A DNA stretch of 64,000 nucleotides from Leucoraja ocellata (taxonomy: Eukaryota). The stretch is from positions 4,464,001 through 4,528,000 of the forward strand of contig JAWMAR010000053.1 of assembly GCA_036785375.1 (NCBI GenBank), written 5' to 3'. Below the pieces are notes generated by a model that was not told where the DNA came from, searched no databases, and saw only the letters and a list, made by a program, of their open reading frames with translations. Of this stretch, positions 12,281 to 25,586 are shown one piece after another. The position numbers were made by a program, and so were the translations under genes. Position 1 is the first letter of the stretch. Each line of letters starts with the position of its first letter.

Positions 12281-12801
12281 TATAATTTAAAACTTGACAA
12301 GTATACAATTCGCAGGACATTATTTCCAATGTTTTTAATCTATTGAAATCAGTGCAGACTTCAGGAACTATATATAAAAATGAATCACTGACTTGCATAC
12401 ATAATCACCTTAATCATGTATAATCAGTACCACAAGATATTTGTTTAAGAAAACACATATGGTTGGGTTCTAGTTTAATAGAGGTGCACTCTGTCCTCTT
12501 ACTGTCTCAAGCATTTTGATTTGCAATTTAATTCTAATTTCTCCTTTTTTGAAAATACGATGTTGTATTAGTATTTTCTTTCATGAAAGAGCCACTATGA
12601 AATTCAAAACCCATAGGAATCCATTTACCACTTATATTCTTCCTATCAGTTGATTGTGTCTTGTGGTCTAATTTTATATAATGTGTTTGTCCTATATGTA
12701 ATTTTATATAATGTGTTTGTCCTATCACTTTTCAAACATCTTGCAGATAATGTTCATTAGTTTCATTGTGCTTTATCTAATAATAAAACTGTTTTTTAAA
12801 G

Positions 12802-12876
12802 TGTTCAAGAAAGATGTTTCTGACGAAGTTAAGCCACTTACTGTTTCAAGAAAAGAAAAAGTTCCTCCAATGAGAG
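12802..12876 (+). CDS. ttn: Titin PEVK exon (VFKKDVSDEVKPLTVSRKEKVPPMR)
   Basis: tttaaag acceptor, gtatgg donor, 75 nt. Confidence 0.85.
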
Positions 12877-13911
12877 GTATGGAAATATGCATCCAAAGGT
12901 TTAAATATGTTCCTTGAAGAAGTAATCAGGCAATCAATTGGCTTTAGTCTGTGTGTTTCTATTGTATGTTTATATGTATTTGTTTGTGTGCACTTGTATT
13001 GTATGCTCATATGCTTGTACATTTACGTGGAACCTGATTTGTATTTTGTAGCTCTTGTAGCTCACTTTTCCTTTAAATTAAGTAGACATATTGTATTAGA
13101 AATAGTAATGGTGAGGCATAAAATTATAGATGCTGGAAATCTAAATAAAAACAGAAAATCAACAGTGCATAATTTATGTAAAGATCCCACTCCACTAAAT
13201 GGAATGTAAACCGAAAATTCTGGAATAACTCAACAGATTTAGCACATCTATGGAGAGAGAAACAGTTAATGTTTCAGGTTCGAGACAGTTCATCATAACT
13301 GAGAAATTAACGCCAATCTAGATAGCAGAAAGAGTAGGGGAATGGATGGCTTAAAGGGAACTTCTCTGAAAGGATGAAAGTGTGCAGTTAACTCTTTATT
13401 CCTCAGTTTGCACTCCCCTGCCTTCTCTACTACCTGGACTAAACTGTATCACGTTCTCAGTTTTGGTGAAGGGTCTCAGACTTGAAGCATTAACTGTGTC
13501 TTTTTCCATAGATGTGCCTAGGGTTAAGTGTTTTTTTTTTTTAGCATTTTCTGTTTTACTTCATTTGGAGGAGTGTTCTCTAGATAAATCATGTACACTG
13601 ACAGACATAACAACACACAAAGCTGTCTGAGGAAAATAGTGCAATTTTCATCTAAATAATTTGGATGAATTGAGTTTATCACTAAATACCTTGTAATTAA
13701 TATGCAGTCTAGCATTTCTACTTGAATTATTTAATAGGCTACATAAGGTGTAATTTACATATACCAAGATCATAATAGTTATATGATTGCTACAAGATAA
13801 TGGACGCATCACATATTAGTTGCTTCCTTGCATTTAATGTTACGTGCATTGCTATTTTAAAATGTTCTGAGTGCGTGCCTCTGATATTCTTCTGTCCAAA
13901 AATTCTTAAAG

Positions 13912-13986
13912 TGCCTGAGGTTCCTGAGTTTGTTCCTGAAGAAATGAAACCAATTCCACAAGAAGAAAAGGTTGCTCCAATTAAAG
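13912..13986 (+). CDS. ttn: Titin PEVK exon (VPEVPEFVPEEMKPIPQEEKVAPIK)
   Basis: cttaaag acceptor, gtacaa donor, 75 nt. Confidence 0.9.
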
Positions 13987-15182
13987 GTACAAAGGAACGC
14001 ACACGTTTTAATTATCCTTTGGATAAATGCTTCTGCCAATATGGCACTATCTTATAAAGTAGTTCAGTTAAGAGTTCTTTTACTTTGTGTTTTGTTTGTG
14101 CATATGTGCCACTTGTGCTGTGTCAATCTGTCTTCCTTATTGAAATAATTTTGATAGTTTTATAATGATTACATTATAGCCAAAAATCTCTGACATCAAA
14201 TTGGGTAGTTGTAGTTGTTTGATGATGCACATGGCATTTGTACGCCAAATAGGTAATTTCAGTCTTGTTGAAGCCAAATCCATGAAAATGCATGAAAACA
14301 TGCCCATAAGCAGATCATTGGGGCAACTGATGTTCATTGATGATTGGAAACCAACACTGCATTTTTGGAGCCTTGTGTTCCAACCAGTCTTTATTTTAAA
14401 TGTGTGAAGTAATCTGCACTACCCATGCACCCTTGTCATGCCCACACCCAACTCCCAACAGAACCATTTAAAATTATAACTATGCTCTGTACTCATACAG
14501 CTCTGTACTTATATGGAAATAATTATCTCGCCTGCACTCTCATAATTGTCAATGGTTGCCTGGCCCAACGCCGCAATCAATATTTATGCAGCTGGATCCT
14601 TCCAGGCTATAACTTGCGATGTTTCCGATGTATCTATAGTTCAGTTAGATATGAGTCAGCTTAGTGGGCATACAGCCTTGCAACATGTTATAGTAACCTA
14701 AATCAGTAATTATGTAAAATCATCATCATTTTATTGAAAAAATTATTAATGTTCAGTATGGTTTTAAGCTATCAACTTGTCAAATATATCTTGAAGTAAA
14801 TAGTACGATCTGTTCCAAAAACATGAAAAGTCAGATTTGTTGGAAAGTAACTCTAAGGGCACTTCAAATGTATGTAGAGGCTATGTACTGTCCATAGAAA
14901 AACTATATATTTAGTGTTACCTGAGGTTTGAATTAGCTGAAGTGATGGGTTGCAAAGCAATCAATTAGTCTATGTATTAGTGTATAATTAAGGTGGATTA
15001 TAATTACTTCATTATCTAATGCCATTTCATCAAACAATACCTTTTTGTACATTAGAACCAAAATACAACATTATTGTGTGATTTAGCACAAAATAGTAGA
15101 TGGTTTATTTTGTGTTTAATGTTGTGTGCGTCCCCGATCTTGTCACATCATTGGCAATTTATTTTCCAAACTTTTCTTTAAG

Positions 15183-15257
15183 TGCCTGTGGTTCCCAAGT
15201 TTGTACCTGAGGAAATAAAACCAGCTACACAAAAAGAAAAGACTACTCCAGTGAAAG
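15183..15257 (+). CDS. ttn: Titin PEVK exon (VPVVPKFVPEEIKPATQKEKTTPVK)
   Basis: ctttaag acceptor, gtataa donor, 75 nt. Confidence 0.88.
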
Positions 15258-16396
15258 GTATAAAAGAAAGGAAATGTTCTTTCCTTGAATTATTCTTGGG
15301 ATTACAGTGAATTCATTCTGTTACTGTCTTGTGAAGTATTTCTGTTCAAAGGTTACGGATTGCCAATGCTCTGCTACATGTTAATCTTATTACATGAAAT
15401 GTGATCTAATTGTTTGATGTAATTGTAATTGGTCCATTTGCTACTGTATTGTGTTGTCTTTGTAGCTGAAATAGTTTTAATACCTACGTTTTAGTAAAAA
15501 AAAAGCATAATTGGTCTTAATAGTGACCATTGTTTGGATGTTATGGGTGGTGCTTGTGCATCAAAATAGCATCAGTTCTACATACACACACATATATATA
15601 TATATCTTGATGTGACTTATACCAATAACTGTGTTATTGTAAATGACTGAGGCCTGCCTGTAAGAATGTAATATAGGTAGATTTTAATGCCCCGCAGTTT
15701 GAAACGATGATAGGTCATCATGATTCTAATTTGGAGCTCATTGCTCTAAATAATATGTATTCATAAATATATATGGCTGCACTAGCATTACCATAGGAAT
15801 ATTATGGTAAGGCTTGCTTCAACCCATTGAATCAATTTTGTGAATGTTGATTAAGCACCAGGACTTGTGATGCGGAGCTCAGTGCTGCAATTCGCACACA
15901 CTTTGACATGAATGGCTGATTAAGTATTAAGCAGCAAAATGTCTTAAGTCATCCCACACCTCTGACAGTTGTATTGAAACAAATCTTATAAGTTAGTTTG
16001 GGTTATTTTCATTTTATAATTGCTGTGATACTTGTAGAAATCATTCTGCAGGTAGTGGTGAGATTTACATTGTAAAAGTCCCTTTGGGCTGCCCAGAACT
16101 GGACATTGAAATGTGCAGCGGTCAATGTGTAATGGCACGACGGGCTGCAGCTCCCATTAATAATCTATGCTTCCTAAAACAATAATAATATATACCAGAA
16201 CGTTCATCATTGTACCTCGGTACAAGTGGCAATAATCTAAACTCAAACATTATCCAAAATACAAAACTATGGTGTTATTAGTACAAGTGTCATGTCTTAA
16301 TCACAGCTTCCATGTTTAATTTTAGGTGTATTGTTTTAAAATGTTAAATGTGCACATCTTTGATGTTCTTTTGTCAAAAAATTAACTTTCTTCAAG

Positions 16397-16471
16397 TGTC
16401 TGGTGTTCCCGAGTTTATTCCTGAAGAAGTGAAGCCAGTTTCACGGAAAGAAAAGGTTGCTCCAATAAAAG
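16397..16471 (+). CDS. ttn: Titin PEVK exon (VSGVPEFIPEEVKPVSRKEKVAPIK)
   Basis: cttcaag acceptor, gtacaa donor, 75 nt. Confidence 0.88.
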
Positions 16472-17003
16472 GTACAAAAGAAGACATTTTATATTGGAAT
16501 CATTCTTTGAATAAACAATTTATTTATCTTATTTTGGATAGTCTTTGTTGTAAAAATGTGTTGCCTTTTTATGTGGTAATCTTATTTCATGGTTGTTGTA
16601 ATTTTAGAGCTTGTAACTGTGTTGTTTTATATGTTTCATGCTGCTTTCTAATTAAAATGATTGTGATACTTTCATCATGCTTATGAACAGAGAGTAACAT
16701 TTAGCTCAGCTGTAACCATTGTTTGGGCGCTGCAGATAATTTAAAAATCTACCCCGTATCTGTAACATGAACATGCCAAACACAATATTATGCCAGCCAA
16801 AAGTATGCAACATAGGCAGCAGTTGAAACTGTGTGAATTTGATTGTAACACCAGCTGTGCCAATTTAGAGCTCATTTGATTGGCTGGCATATATTTTTAA
16901 AGGCATCTGAGTGAACATCAAACAGCAGGAAGACATTCCCACCCTCACCCCATCATAGTCTTGACACACCCATATATTGCAGTTTAAAGGGATCAATGAG
17001 TAC

Positions 17004-17103
17004 TGAATGAGTCTGAAGAAGGGTCTCGACCCAAAACGTCACATATTCCTTCGCTCCATAGTTGCTGCCTCACCCACTGAGTTTCTACAGCATTTTTGTC
17101 TAC
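17004..17103 (+). mobile_element. Short Penelope-like element with degenerate hammerhead motif on the titin sense strand, 10-bp TSD
   Basis: CAATGAGTAC at 16994-17003 and 17104-17113; CTGAAGAAGGGTCTCGACCCAAAACGTC at 17013-17040. Confidence 0.72.
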
Positions 17104-17717
17104 CAATGAGTACATCAATTCTTGGATTTTTTTATTCTTGCTAATACTGCAATTTTATAAATGATTGTTGCTATCTAGAGTTGGCTACATTTACAGCAGT
17201 ACACAGAGTTGTGTATCAAGCACTGAAGCAGTGTGCTGTCTTCCGACATGTCGGTTGCTCTTGGAATGATATATTAGGTTTTTGTTCCCATTGCATACAG
17301 AGGGCAAACTGTTGGGAGAGTAGAAGGGGGAAGGGAGGAATTGGAGGAGGAGAAGGGGAAAGGGGCACCTGACAGGAGGCTGTATCTTATTTTCAGTGAC
17401 ATAATTAACTACCTAAAGAGATTGGTAGATTCTTGATTAGGACAGGTGTCAATGGTTATAGGGAGAAGGCAGGAGAATGGAGTTAGGAGGGAGAGATAGA
17501 TCAACTATGATTGAATGGTGGAGTAGATTTAATAGGCCGAATAGCCTAATTCTGCTCCTATCACATGACCTTATGACTACCTGAATGTTAGTAAGTTACC
17601 ATATACCTCTTTAGGGATGTCTACAATAACATAATCTACCTGTTAGAACTATAGTTCTACCTTCAAAGCAAGATGAGGACAGGATTAGGATAGCATTGAT
17701 AGTAGCTATCAAGGTAA

Positions 17718-18002
17718 AGGGCTTGTCCCACTTGCCTGAGTTATTCACGTATATACATCCATGGATATATTGTAGTGGCTCGTTATGCCAGCCGTAGGTA
17801 CTCGGGGCTATTTTTTTACTCGTGGACATTTATCATCAGTCCAAAAAAACGTCCTGACTTACCTGATGCTGCGAGTACCTACAGCTGGCATAACGAGCCG
17901 CTACGATATATCCACGGACTCCTATGGACCCGTTACGAGCATTCCGCGAGTTTGAAAACTCGGGAGAATTCGTGAATAACTCGGGAAAGTGGGACAGGAC
18001 CT
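17718..18002. mobile_element. PIF/Harbinger-type MITE
   Basis: TIR agggcttgtcccactt / aagtgggacaggacct, TAA TSD on both sides. Confidence 0.8.
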
Positions 18003-18472
18003 TAACAAAGCCAAATAATTCTTATGTTCCTTCCAGATTGCTGCTGGAAATGCAGTATTGCGATATTTATGTTTCAGTTATTTATCAATAAAAAGTAGTA
18101 TAATACATATAATTAAAATATACAGATGTGGTTGGAGGCATTAGCATTGTTCTCTAAAACTGATAACAGAAAATCTTGAGAACACAAGAGATTGAAGTAT
18201 TTGGAATCTGGAGCAAAACAAACTGCTGGAGGAACTCAGTGGGTCAGGCAGTATTTGTGGAGGCAGAGGGTTGAGACCCTGCCACATTAGAATTTCATAC
18301 ATTTTGAATTCTTCTAAACCATAATACAGATGGGAGCATCTTGAATTGCTTTCTCAAGATAACAGATCATGTAATGTATCTGTTGTTTATTTTGTGGTTA
18401 ATGTTATATGTATTGCTGTGTCAAAATACGTTTATGTCTAATATGTTTCTCCAAAAATTAAATCTCTTGAAG

Positions 18473-18547
18473 TGCCTGAGGTTGCAGAATATGTTCCTGA
18501 AGAAGTGAAACGAGTTACACAAAAAGAAAAGGTTGTTCCAATAAAAG
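18473..18547 (+). CDS. ttn: Titin PEVK exon (VPEVAEYVPEEVKRVTQKEKVVPIK)
   Basis: cttgaag acceptor, gtacaa donor, 75 nt. Confidence 0.88.
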
Positions 18548-18597
18548 GTACAAAAGGCACATGCATTCTTCTAATATTTATTTTTCAATACATAGTG

Positions 18598-18850
18598 TTT
18601 TAGTTTTTTAGTTTAGTTTAGAGATACAGCATGGAAACAGGCCCTTCGGCCCACCGGGTCCACGCCGACCAGCGATCCCCATACATTAACACTGCAAAGC
18701 CGTACAAAAAAGCAATTAACACTATCCTAAGGACAATTTTTGGCATTTACTAAGCCAATTAACCTACAAACCTGTACGTCTTTGGAATGTGGGAGGAAAC
18801 CGAAGATCTCGGAGAAAACCCATGCAGGTCATGGGGAGAATGTACAATCT
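18598..18850 (-). mobile_element. V-SINE (HE1-like), 5'-truncated
   Basis: (tttag)n tail, gaaacaggcccttcggccc, V-domain tgtgggaggaaaccg...gaaaacccatgcaggtc. Confidence 0.75.
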
Positions 18851-18977
18851 TCTCATTACCGTAGAAACATTTGTTCTCTTTTAGAGCCCTCAAATTTTCA
18901 GTGCTCTGCTATTTATTAATTTTGTTTTACAATATGTTGTTTCGTTCTTTGTTTGTGCATCTGTATCAGTTTAATGT

Positions 18978-19376
18978 GACCTGAGGTGCCTCAGGTCAGC
19001 GGATCAGCTGCTCCTTGAGGTACCAAGGTCTAAGCGGAAGCTCAGAGGGGATAGAGCCTTTTCTGTTGCTGCCCCGGCACTCTGGAACACCTTGCCGCTG
19101 CAGACCAGACAGGCCCCTTCACTGTCCATCTTTAAATCCTCCCTAAAAACTCACTTTTATTCACTGGCTTTCGACACTGGCTGAGACATTGTTCCTGTTT
19201 TAGTGCTTTTAATGTCTTTTAATTTTTACTGTTTTAATAGTCCTGTCGTCTTAATGGTTTTAGTAGTTTGTAATAACTTTTTGTTGACTTCCCATGTACA
19301 GCACTTTGTGGTAACTGATGTTGTCTAAAAGCGCTTTATAAATCGCTGAAAAAGTTATTATTATATTATTATTATA
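18978..19376 (+). mobile_element. L2 LINE 3' end
   Basis: RGDRAFSVAAPALWNTLP...SLSIFKSSLKTHFY; (tta)n tail; 5' fold-back gacctgagg/cctcaggtc. Confidence 0.82.
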
Positions 19377-20733
19377 ATGTGCAACATTATATTGACAAGC
19401 ACCAACTACAAGGCAAATTTATGCCCAGTGGGCATCTCATTATGTCAATTAGTGTAAGATGTTGTTTGGCAACTGTACTGTTATTTAGGAGCTAATTTCT
19501 TCAGTTTATGCCATGTCACAAACTCCAGTGACACAACCTGTGCGAAACAACAGGAGATGGGTCTCTCTTTTTCCAAACCAACCTTAACTATTTAATGGGA
19601 TCATACATTACATATCAGTTAACTTGGGTTGATATTTTATTGTCTTCACTGTAATTTTACAGATATTTGGCACTTTACAGAAACAATTCAGATTATAAGT
19701 ACACAGAGATACTATGACAGGTATGGAAGGACCTATTATTTCGGATTTGCATTAACTAATTCCTTCAATGCATTTAGTGCATTATTAGGCATTATGCAAT
19801 GTAGCATGACTGGGAAATTAAACAAGACACATAAAAGTGAATCTCAGGTAGGAAATATCCCCTAGGAATAACATCCTCCTGCAATCTCATAGCAAAGCAA
19901 GAAATACAAAGTCAGTAGATGCCAGGATGATCAGGTCAATAGACTTCTCTACAATGGCAGATGGTAATATTTATAATGTAAGAATAATTCAGTTGCATAT
20001 TAGTAAAATTTAGCAAAGCACACATGCACATGACAACATATGGATGTGATTATTAGTCTAGTAGAAATTAGTAAACTGTTACTTTTTTGAAAAAGAACAT
20101 TAATGTAAATATTCAGACTGAAATTTCATGCCCTGAAAATTATCTGAGTGTACCCATCACTCTGTGACACTTTATATTAAACCTGAAACCTTTATAACTG
20201 CAGAATTAACATTTGTAAAGGTATTTTGAAAATACATTTTAAATGTTAGCAAGAAGGTATGCTTTCACAGCATGCATAGGATATACAATCGTAAACATAA
20301 TATCATCCTAAAAGTATGATGATCTTACAAGGTAGATTTATTGGAAAGTGATTCTAAAAACACCCATAGCTGTACATGGTGATTTGAGTACTGATCATAG
20401 TAAAATTAGATAGTACAACCAGAAGAATTGGAAAACTTGGAGATTTGAATTTAAAAGATACAAGTGGATTGATAGCTGAAATGTAAAATATCCCTAAATT
20501 TTGCATTTAATTAAGATTGGTATTTGGTGCTCTTTTAATCTATGACACATTGTAAGATAGATATATCTATATTAAAAAAATCAAATGATTAAGAAGATTA
20601 GATTATTATGCGATTAACATGAAATGGTAAACTGTGTCAAGTATTTGTGACTCCCATTGTGTTTAATGTTATGTGTATTGCCATATTCAAACATTCTACA
20701 TCTTTCATATTCTTTTGTCCAAAATTCTTAAAG

Positions 20734-21435
20734 TGCCTGAGATTCCCGAGTATGTACCTGAAGAAGCTGAACCAGTTACACGAAAAAAAGCAATTGTTCC
20801 TCCTGAGTTTATTCCTGAAGAAGTGAAACCAGTTATACGGAAAAAAACAATTGCTCCTCCTGAGTTTATTCCTGAAGAAGTGAAACCCGTTATACGGAAA
20901 AAAGCAATTGCTCCTCCTGAGTTTATTCCTGAAGAAACGAAACCAGTTATACGGAAAAAAGCAATTGCTCCTCCTGAGTTTATTCCTGAAGAAGCTCAAC
21001 CAGTTATACGGAAAAAAGCAATTGCTCCTCCTGAGTTTATTCCTGAAGAAGCTCAACCAGTTATACGGAAAAAAGCAATTGCTCCTCCTGAGTTTATTCC
21101 TGAAGAAACGAAACCAGTTATACGGAAAAAAGCAATTGCTCCTCCTGAGTTTATTCCTGAAGAAGCTCAACCAGTTATACGGAAAAAAGCAATTGCTCCT
21201 CCTGAGTTTATTCCTGAAGAAGCTCAACCAGTTATACGGAAAAAAGCAATTGCTCCTCCTGAGTTTATTCCTGAAGAAACGAAACCAGTTATACGGAAAA
21301 AAGCAATTGCTCCTCCTGAGTTTATTCCTGAAGAAGTGAAACCAGTTTTACGGAAAAAAGCAATTGCTCCTCCTGAGTTTATTCCTGAAGAAGTGAAACC
21401 AGTTACACGGAGAGAAGCAACTGCTCCATTGAAAG
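20734..21435 (+). CDS. ttn: Titin PEVK exon expanded by a 57-nt (19-aa) tandem repeat, 12 units
   Basis: cttaaag acceptor, AAAG|gtacaa donor; 702 nt = 75 + 11x57; unit PPEFIPEE[VTA][KQ]PVIRKKAIA. Confidence 0.9.
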
Positions 21436-21838
21436 GTACAAACGAAGACATACATGTTATACATGTATTGTTTCTTTGGAGAAACATCATTATCTTGAAA
21501 AATATTTTTGTTTTAAACTTTTCAGATAAGCAATGCCTTCCTATTTGTTTTGTTTTTTCCAGTTTGTGCTGTTTTCCAATTTTATTTCTGTATTTGTGCT
21601 ATATTTTCTTGTCCTTGCTCACAAAATAAATTTGATATTTGCATTATGATTGGTTATATAGAACAAAACATGGCTTATGTTCCTAGATTCTTATTACCGA
21701 CCATAATGCAGAATGAGAAATTATGATGTGATTACCACAATGCTGTATGTGTTTGCAGCATCTTTCTAGTTAATGTAATGTGTATTTGTATGTTCATTTC
21801 TTTTAAGTCCACATTTTTGATATTCTTTTGTCCATAAG

Positions 21839-21904
21839 TTCCTGAGTTTGCTGTGGAAGAAGTGAGATCAGTTACACGAATAGAAACGGTTACTACAATA
21901 ACAG
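21839..21904 (+). CDS. ttn: Titin PEVK exon (VPEFAVEEVRSVTRIETVTTIT)
   Basis: ataag acceptor, gtacaa donor, 66 nt; flanks homologous to the 75-nt family. Confidence 0.75.
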
Positions 21905-22560
21905 GTACAAAAGACAGCACATGCTTTATAGTAGAATAATTCCTTGTACAATCATCATTATCTTTGATGAAAGAGAGTTTCTTTTTATGTGTGTCATAAT
22001 ACAGATGTCCTGATCCATGTTCATCCCCTAAATGTTGTGTTGTTTTAATTTCTTCTTCATGTTCTTTAACTATTTTGCTGTCCCTGCCCTTGAAATATTT
22101 TTTCCGTTTGCATTATAGCTAATTAAACATTAAAACATATACTTTATACATATCAAAATTTGACATAGTCGACTGTGTGCGACCGGTGTCATTTGATATA
22201 AAAATGACAATTCAAAGTTGCAACCAACTTAGTTCAGCCTCAGAGGGTAAGCAATTTCTGAAATGAGTTTGTGGATGATGCCGCAAAAAATCTTCCCAAT
22301 AATACAAGATGGCTGTACTAGATGTTTGACAAGCAGTGCCACCAACCCCAAATTACAGTGAATAATACTATTAAATATATGGATTATGTTTTTTGAGCAG
22401 AATTTCATATGTTTCCAGTAATGTGCCTGAAAGGTTGTTTGTAGAGTACTGTGATGGAAGATTCTACCCGTTTTACATGAATTTCATTCGAAAACTGAAT
22501 TATTTTAATTTTTGATAGCCTATTACTAAATCAAAAATAAATTATTTAATGTGTCATTAG

Positions 22561-22614
22561 AAGCAGTGGAACCAGTTCCTGTCCAAAAGAAAAAGGCAAC
22601 ATTACCAATAACAG
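22561..22614 (+). CDS. ttn: Titin PEVK exon (EAVEPVPVQKKKATLPIT)
   Basis: ttag acceptor, gtaaaa donor, 54 nt; start uncertain. Confidence 0.65.
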
Positions 22615-23558
22615 GTAAAATGTATATAAGGTTTTATACTATATGTGTCCTTAGTTCATTGTTGTTATTAAGGTTATCTTATTTTCAGGAAATTCACTAA
22701 ATTCAGACTTGGAATTCCTCTGATTTCCTATTGTTGCAAGTCAATGGATAATATAGATTATATTAGTACTATTCTGTTGACAATAATACATCAATTAAAT
22801 TGGATTGAAACAGGTATTGGAAAATTATATTTTACTGAAAAAAAATAGAATATCAATGTTAAGTAAAATGTACAATTAACAATTAATGTACAATTAACTT
22901 CGACAAAGAGTTAGATAAGGGAAAAGCTTGTAAATTCTTATGCTGATAGTTTTGTCGTTTGACATGACAATTACAGCTCTTGGGTTTGTGGTTCTCATTT
23001 TACAATACTAATTGTATTCTTGTAGTTGTATATCAAATTCTTCTGCAAGAAAAATAGAAAAGAGTTAGGGTCAGCTCACCTTAATTAGCATAATGGCAGA
23101 AGGGGTGAGCCAAGGCAAACAGGAAAAATAAATGAGAGAACTTTGTCATATCTTGATGGTGTGACTATTATAAAAAGGAGGTGCAGTATTCCCTCCTGAC
23201 TTATGGACACCCATGGCAAAGGAAGGGAAGACATGATTTAAAGGTTTGGGTGCAAATACTAGCAAAAGGTTTCACTTACCTCATCCAATAAACTGCCTAT
23301 ATGGAACAGGTTTGCTATCTGACTCACTCAAGTTAAATAAGGATGGTTTGTAAATTGTGGGTTTATTAATATGCTTCAATGGTTGTAACTTTTACCACAC
23401 ATCACTGATGAAAGACATTGACACAAAGGCCCTGGTATTTGTATGAAGTTAAACTGCAATCATATTGAAGAATGTCCCCAGTCTGCTCCCCTGTTTGAAC
23501 AATAAATTAGACAGAAACGTACATTCTTTCAAACCATTTCTTTGTTTTTTTTTTAAAG

Positions 23559-23639
23559 TGCCGGAGGCTCCTAAGAAGCCAGTTGTTGAAGATGTAGATA
23601 GAATTATGCTAAGAAAAGAAGAGATTTCTCCTAAAAAAG
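23559..23639 (+). CDS. ttn: Titin PEVK exon (VPEAPKKPVVEDVDRIMLRKEEISPKK)
   Basis: tttaaag acceptor, gtacga donor, 81 nt. Confidence 0.9.
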
Positions 23640-24132
23640 GTACGATTACCCAACATTATCTCTGCATGGTGCACTTCTGTTGACAATTATGAAAATATAT
23701 GTATATTTGTCTCTTCAGTTCCATTTCTTTTTGTAGCCTCTCTACCCATATATTGATTAATGTATTGAACTATTTTCACTCATTTTTTTTCATATTGTTT
23801 AGGTTATTCACACTCTTTAATTTAAGCAAATAGCAATCTAATACTTATATTCATTTAGATTGCTCATTTATTCATTAAACATTTTATTCAACATTTGGAA
23901 GTATGCAGAAATTAACGTCAGTTATTTGTGAACATGATCATTTTGAACAATAATTGTATCATTTAATTTGAAAAAGATGTAAAGTGAAGATACATTGCTT
24001 CATTTCTGAATATATTACAATTATTTTAGTATCGTAGTGCTCGTTTGTTGTTACAAAAGGAAATATCACTTTAAGTCAACATTATCCACGTTATGTGTTT
24101 CATGTCATAATTTGTTGCTTAAATTTCACCAG

Positions 24133-24213
24133 TGCCAGAAATCCACAAGAAACCAATATCTGAAGAAATTACAGCTTTTACTGTGTCAAGAGATGAGGTT
24201 GTTCCAACTAAAG
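24133..24213 (+). CDS. ttn: Titin PEVK exon (VPEIHKKPISEEITAFTVSRDEVVPTK)
   Basis: accag acceptor, gtaaaa donor, 81 nt. Confidence 0.87.
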
Positions 24214-25069
24214 GTAAAAATGAATACATCACAGATTTTACATTAATTTGCTTCATACTTCATGGTCTCAAGTTCTCAAAAAGTTTGCTTTTTATTTAAT
24301 TGCCACGAATAAAGTTCCAATAATCTGCCATGCTAATTCTTCAAAGATCCCCATGATTCAGCAACTTTCGCCCTGCCTCCTGTTTCCTCAGCTCCCTTTT
24401 AAACTCATCAGGGCCTTATTTCTCCTAGCCCCTATAATCGGAATAAATGAACGAGGTCCCATGTTCCCTTTAAACTCAACAGGGCCATGTTTCCCACATT
24501 TTCATTAAACACATCCTGGACCAGTTTCACACCTGCCTTTTAAACTTGCTGGATTCACTGGAAAATGTATTATATTACAGTGTAAATCTTAAAATTGTAA
24601 ATAAAAATGTGTTGATGGGAACAATTGTACAGAAAATCTGTCAGTCCAGCACCACCAAAGTTCTGAGCGTGCCAGATATTTCAGAATTTTATAGTTCCTA
24701 GTTTTCTCAATACGTGCTTTATCATGTTTAAAATAATTGAACATATCCATTGAATCTTTTGTGGTATTCACAATAACACTGGTTGCATATATTGATAATG
24801 CCTAAATATGTCTGCGGTAATGTATTGAATTATTATTATTAAATCAAAATTGAACTTCAAATTCATACAGATGTTTCATAGAAATGTAATTTATTTAAAT
24901 ATGAAAGCAGACAGAAATATCACGATTGTGAAAACAATGTTATTTGCAAATCATTAGATTAGTCAATTGTGTTATGCATTTTTCATGTTATCTATATTGC
25001 AGACATCTGCCAAACTATCAAAATAATCCCAGCTGAATAGTAATAGTAAAAATACAATATTCTTTCAAG

Positions 25070-25150
25070 TTCCAGGAGTATCCATGAAAGCAGTTGAAGA
25101 AGTGAAACATATTTCCATTACACGACAAGAAGAGATTCTTCTAATGCCAG
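25070..25150 (+). CDS. ttn: Titin PEVK exon (VPGVSMKAVEEVKHISITRQEEILLMP)
   Basis: tttcaag acceptor, gtatta donor, 81 nt. Confidence 0.8.
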
Positions 25151-25502
25151 GTATTAAAAATGCAAGGGGTCTGAACCAGATTATTAGTGTTTGACATGCA
25201 CTTTAGCTCCAAATGGAAATTATGGTGTTACAAAACTCATTGTTGTGAAAATGGGACCTCAGCAAACAACTGAGTCAAATTATTTTATGGCAAAGTGAAC
25301 AGATTGAAGAAATCACCATTCTGATATTGGTAAATTAATCAAATAGTTAAATCTTCTATCTGTCCAATAATGATTCTCAGTCAAGAGAACATTTTTCATT
25401 TTTATTCCTTGTTCAGTTATGTTAGCTTATCTGATTAATGTCATGTAATCAAGAATGTTAGGCTTATTTATCATGTTATTAAAGCAATAATGTTCTTTGA
25501 AG

Positions 25503-25586
25503 TGCCAGAGGTTCCCAAGAAGGCACCTGCTGAAAAGGTTAAACCCGTTACTGTTCCAAGAAAAGAGGAGGTCACTCCAGCTAAAG
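25503..25586 (+). CDS. ttn: Titin PEVK exon, canonical 28-aa PPAK type (VPEVPKKAPAEKVKPVTVPRKEEVTPAK)
   Basis: tttgaag acceptor, gtacac donor, 84 nt. Confidence 0.93.

Noticed and set aside
12669-12725. 27-bp tandem duplication (also a 22-bp one near 35240)
   Set aside because: Ordinary slippage duplications in intron or TE sequence
20734-21435. CRISPR-like array
   Set aside because: Contiguous coding repeats without unique spacers, in a eukaryotic exon
20637-21490. Antisense and alternate-frame ORFs over the 57-nt repeat
   Set aside because: They are by-products of a stop-free tandem repeat; only the PEVK frame has splice signals
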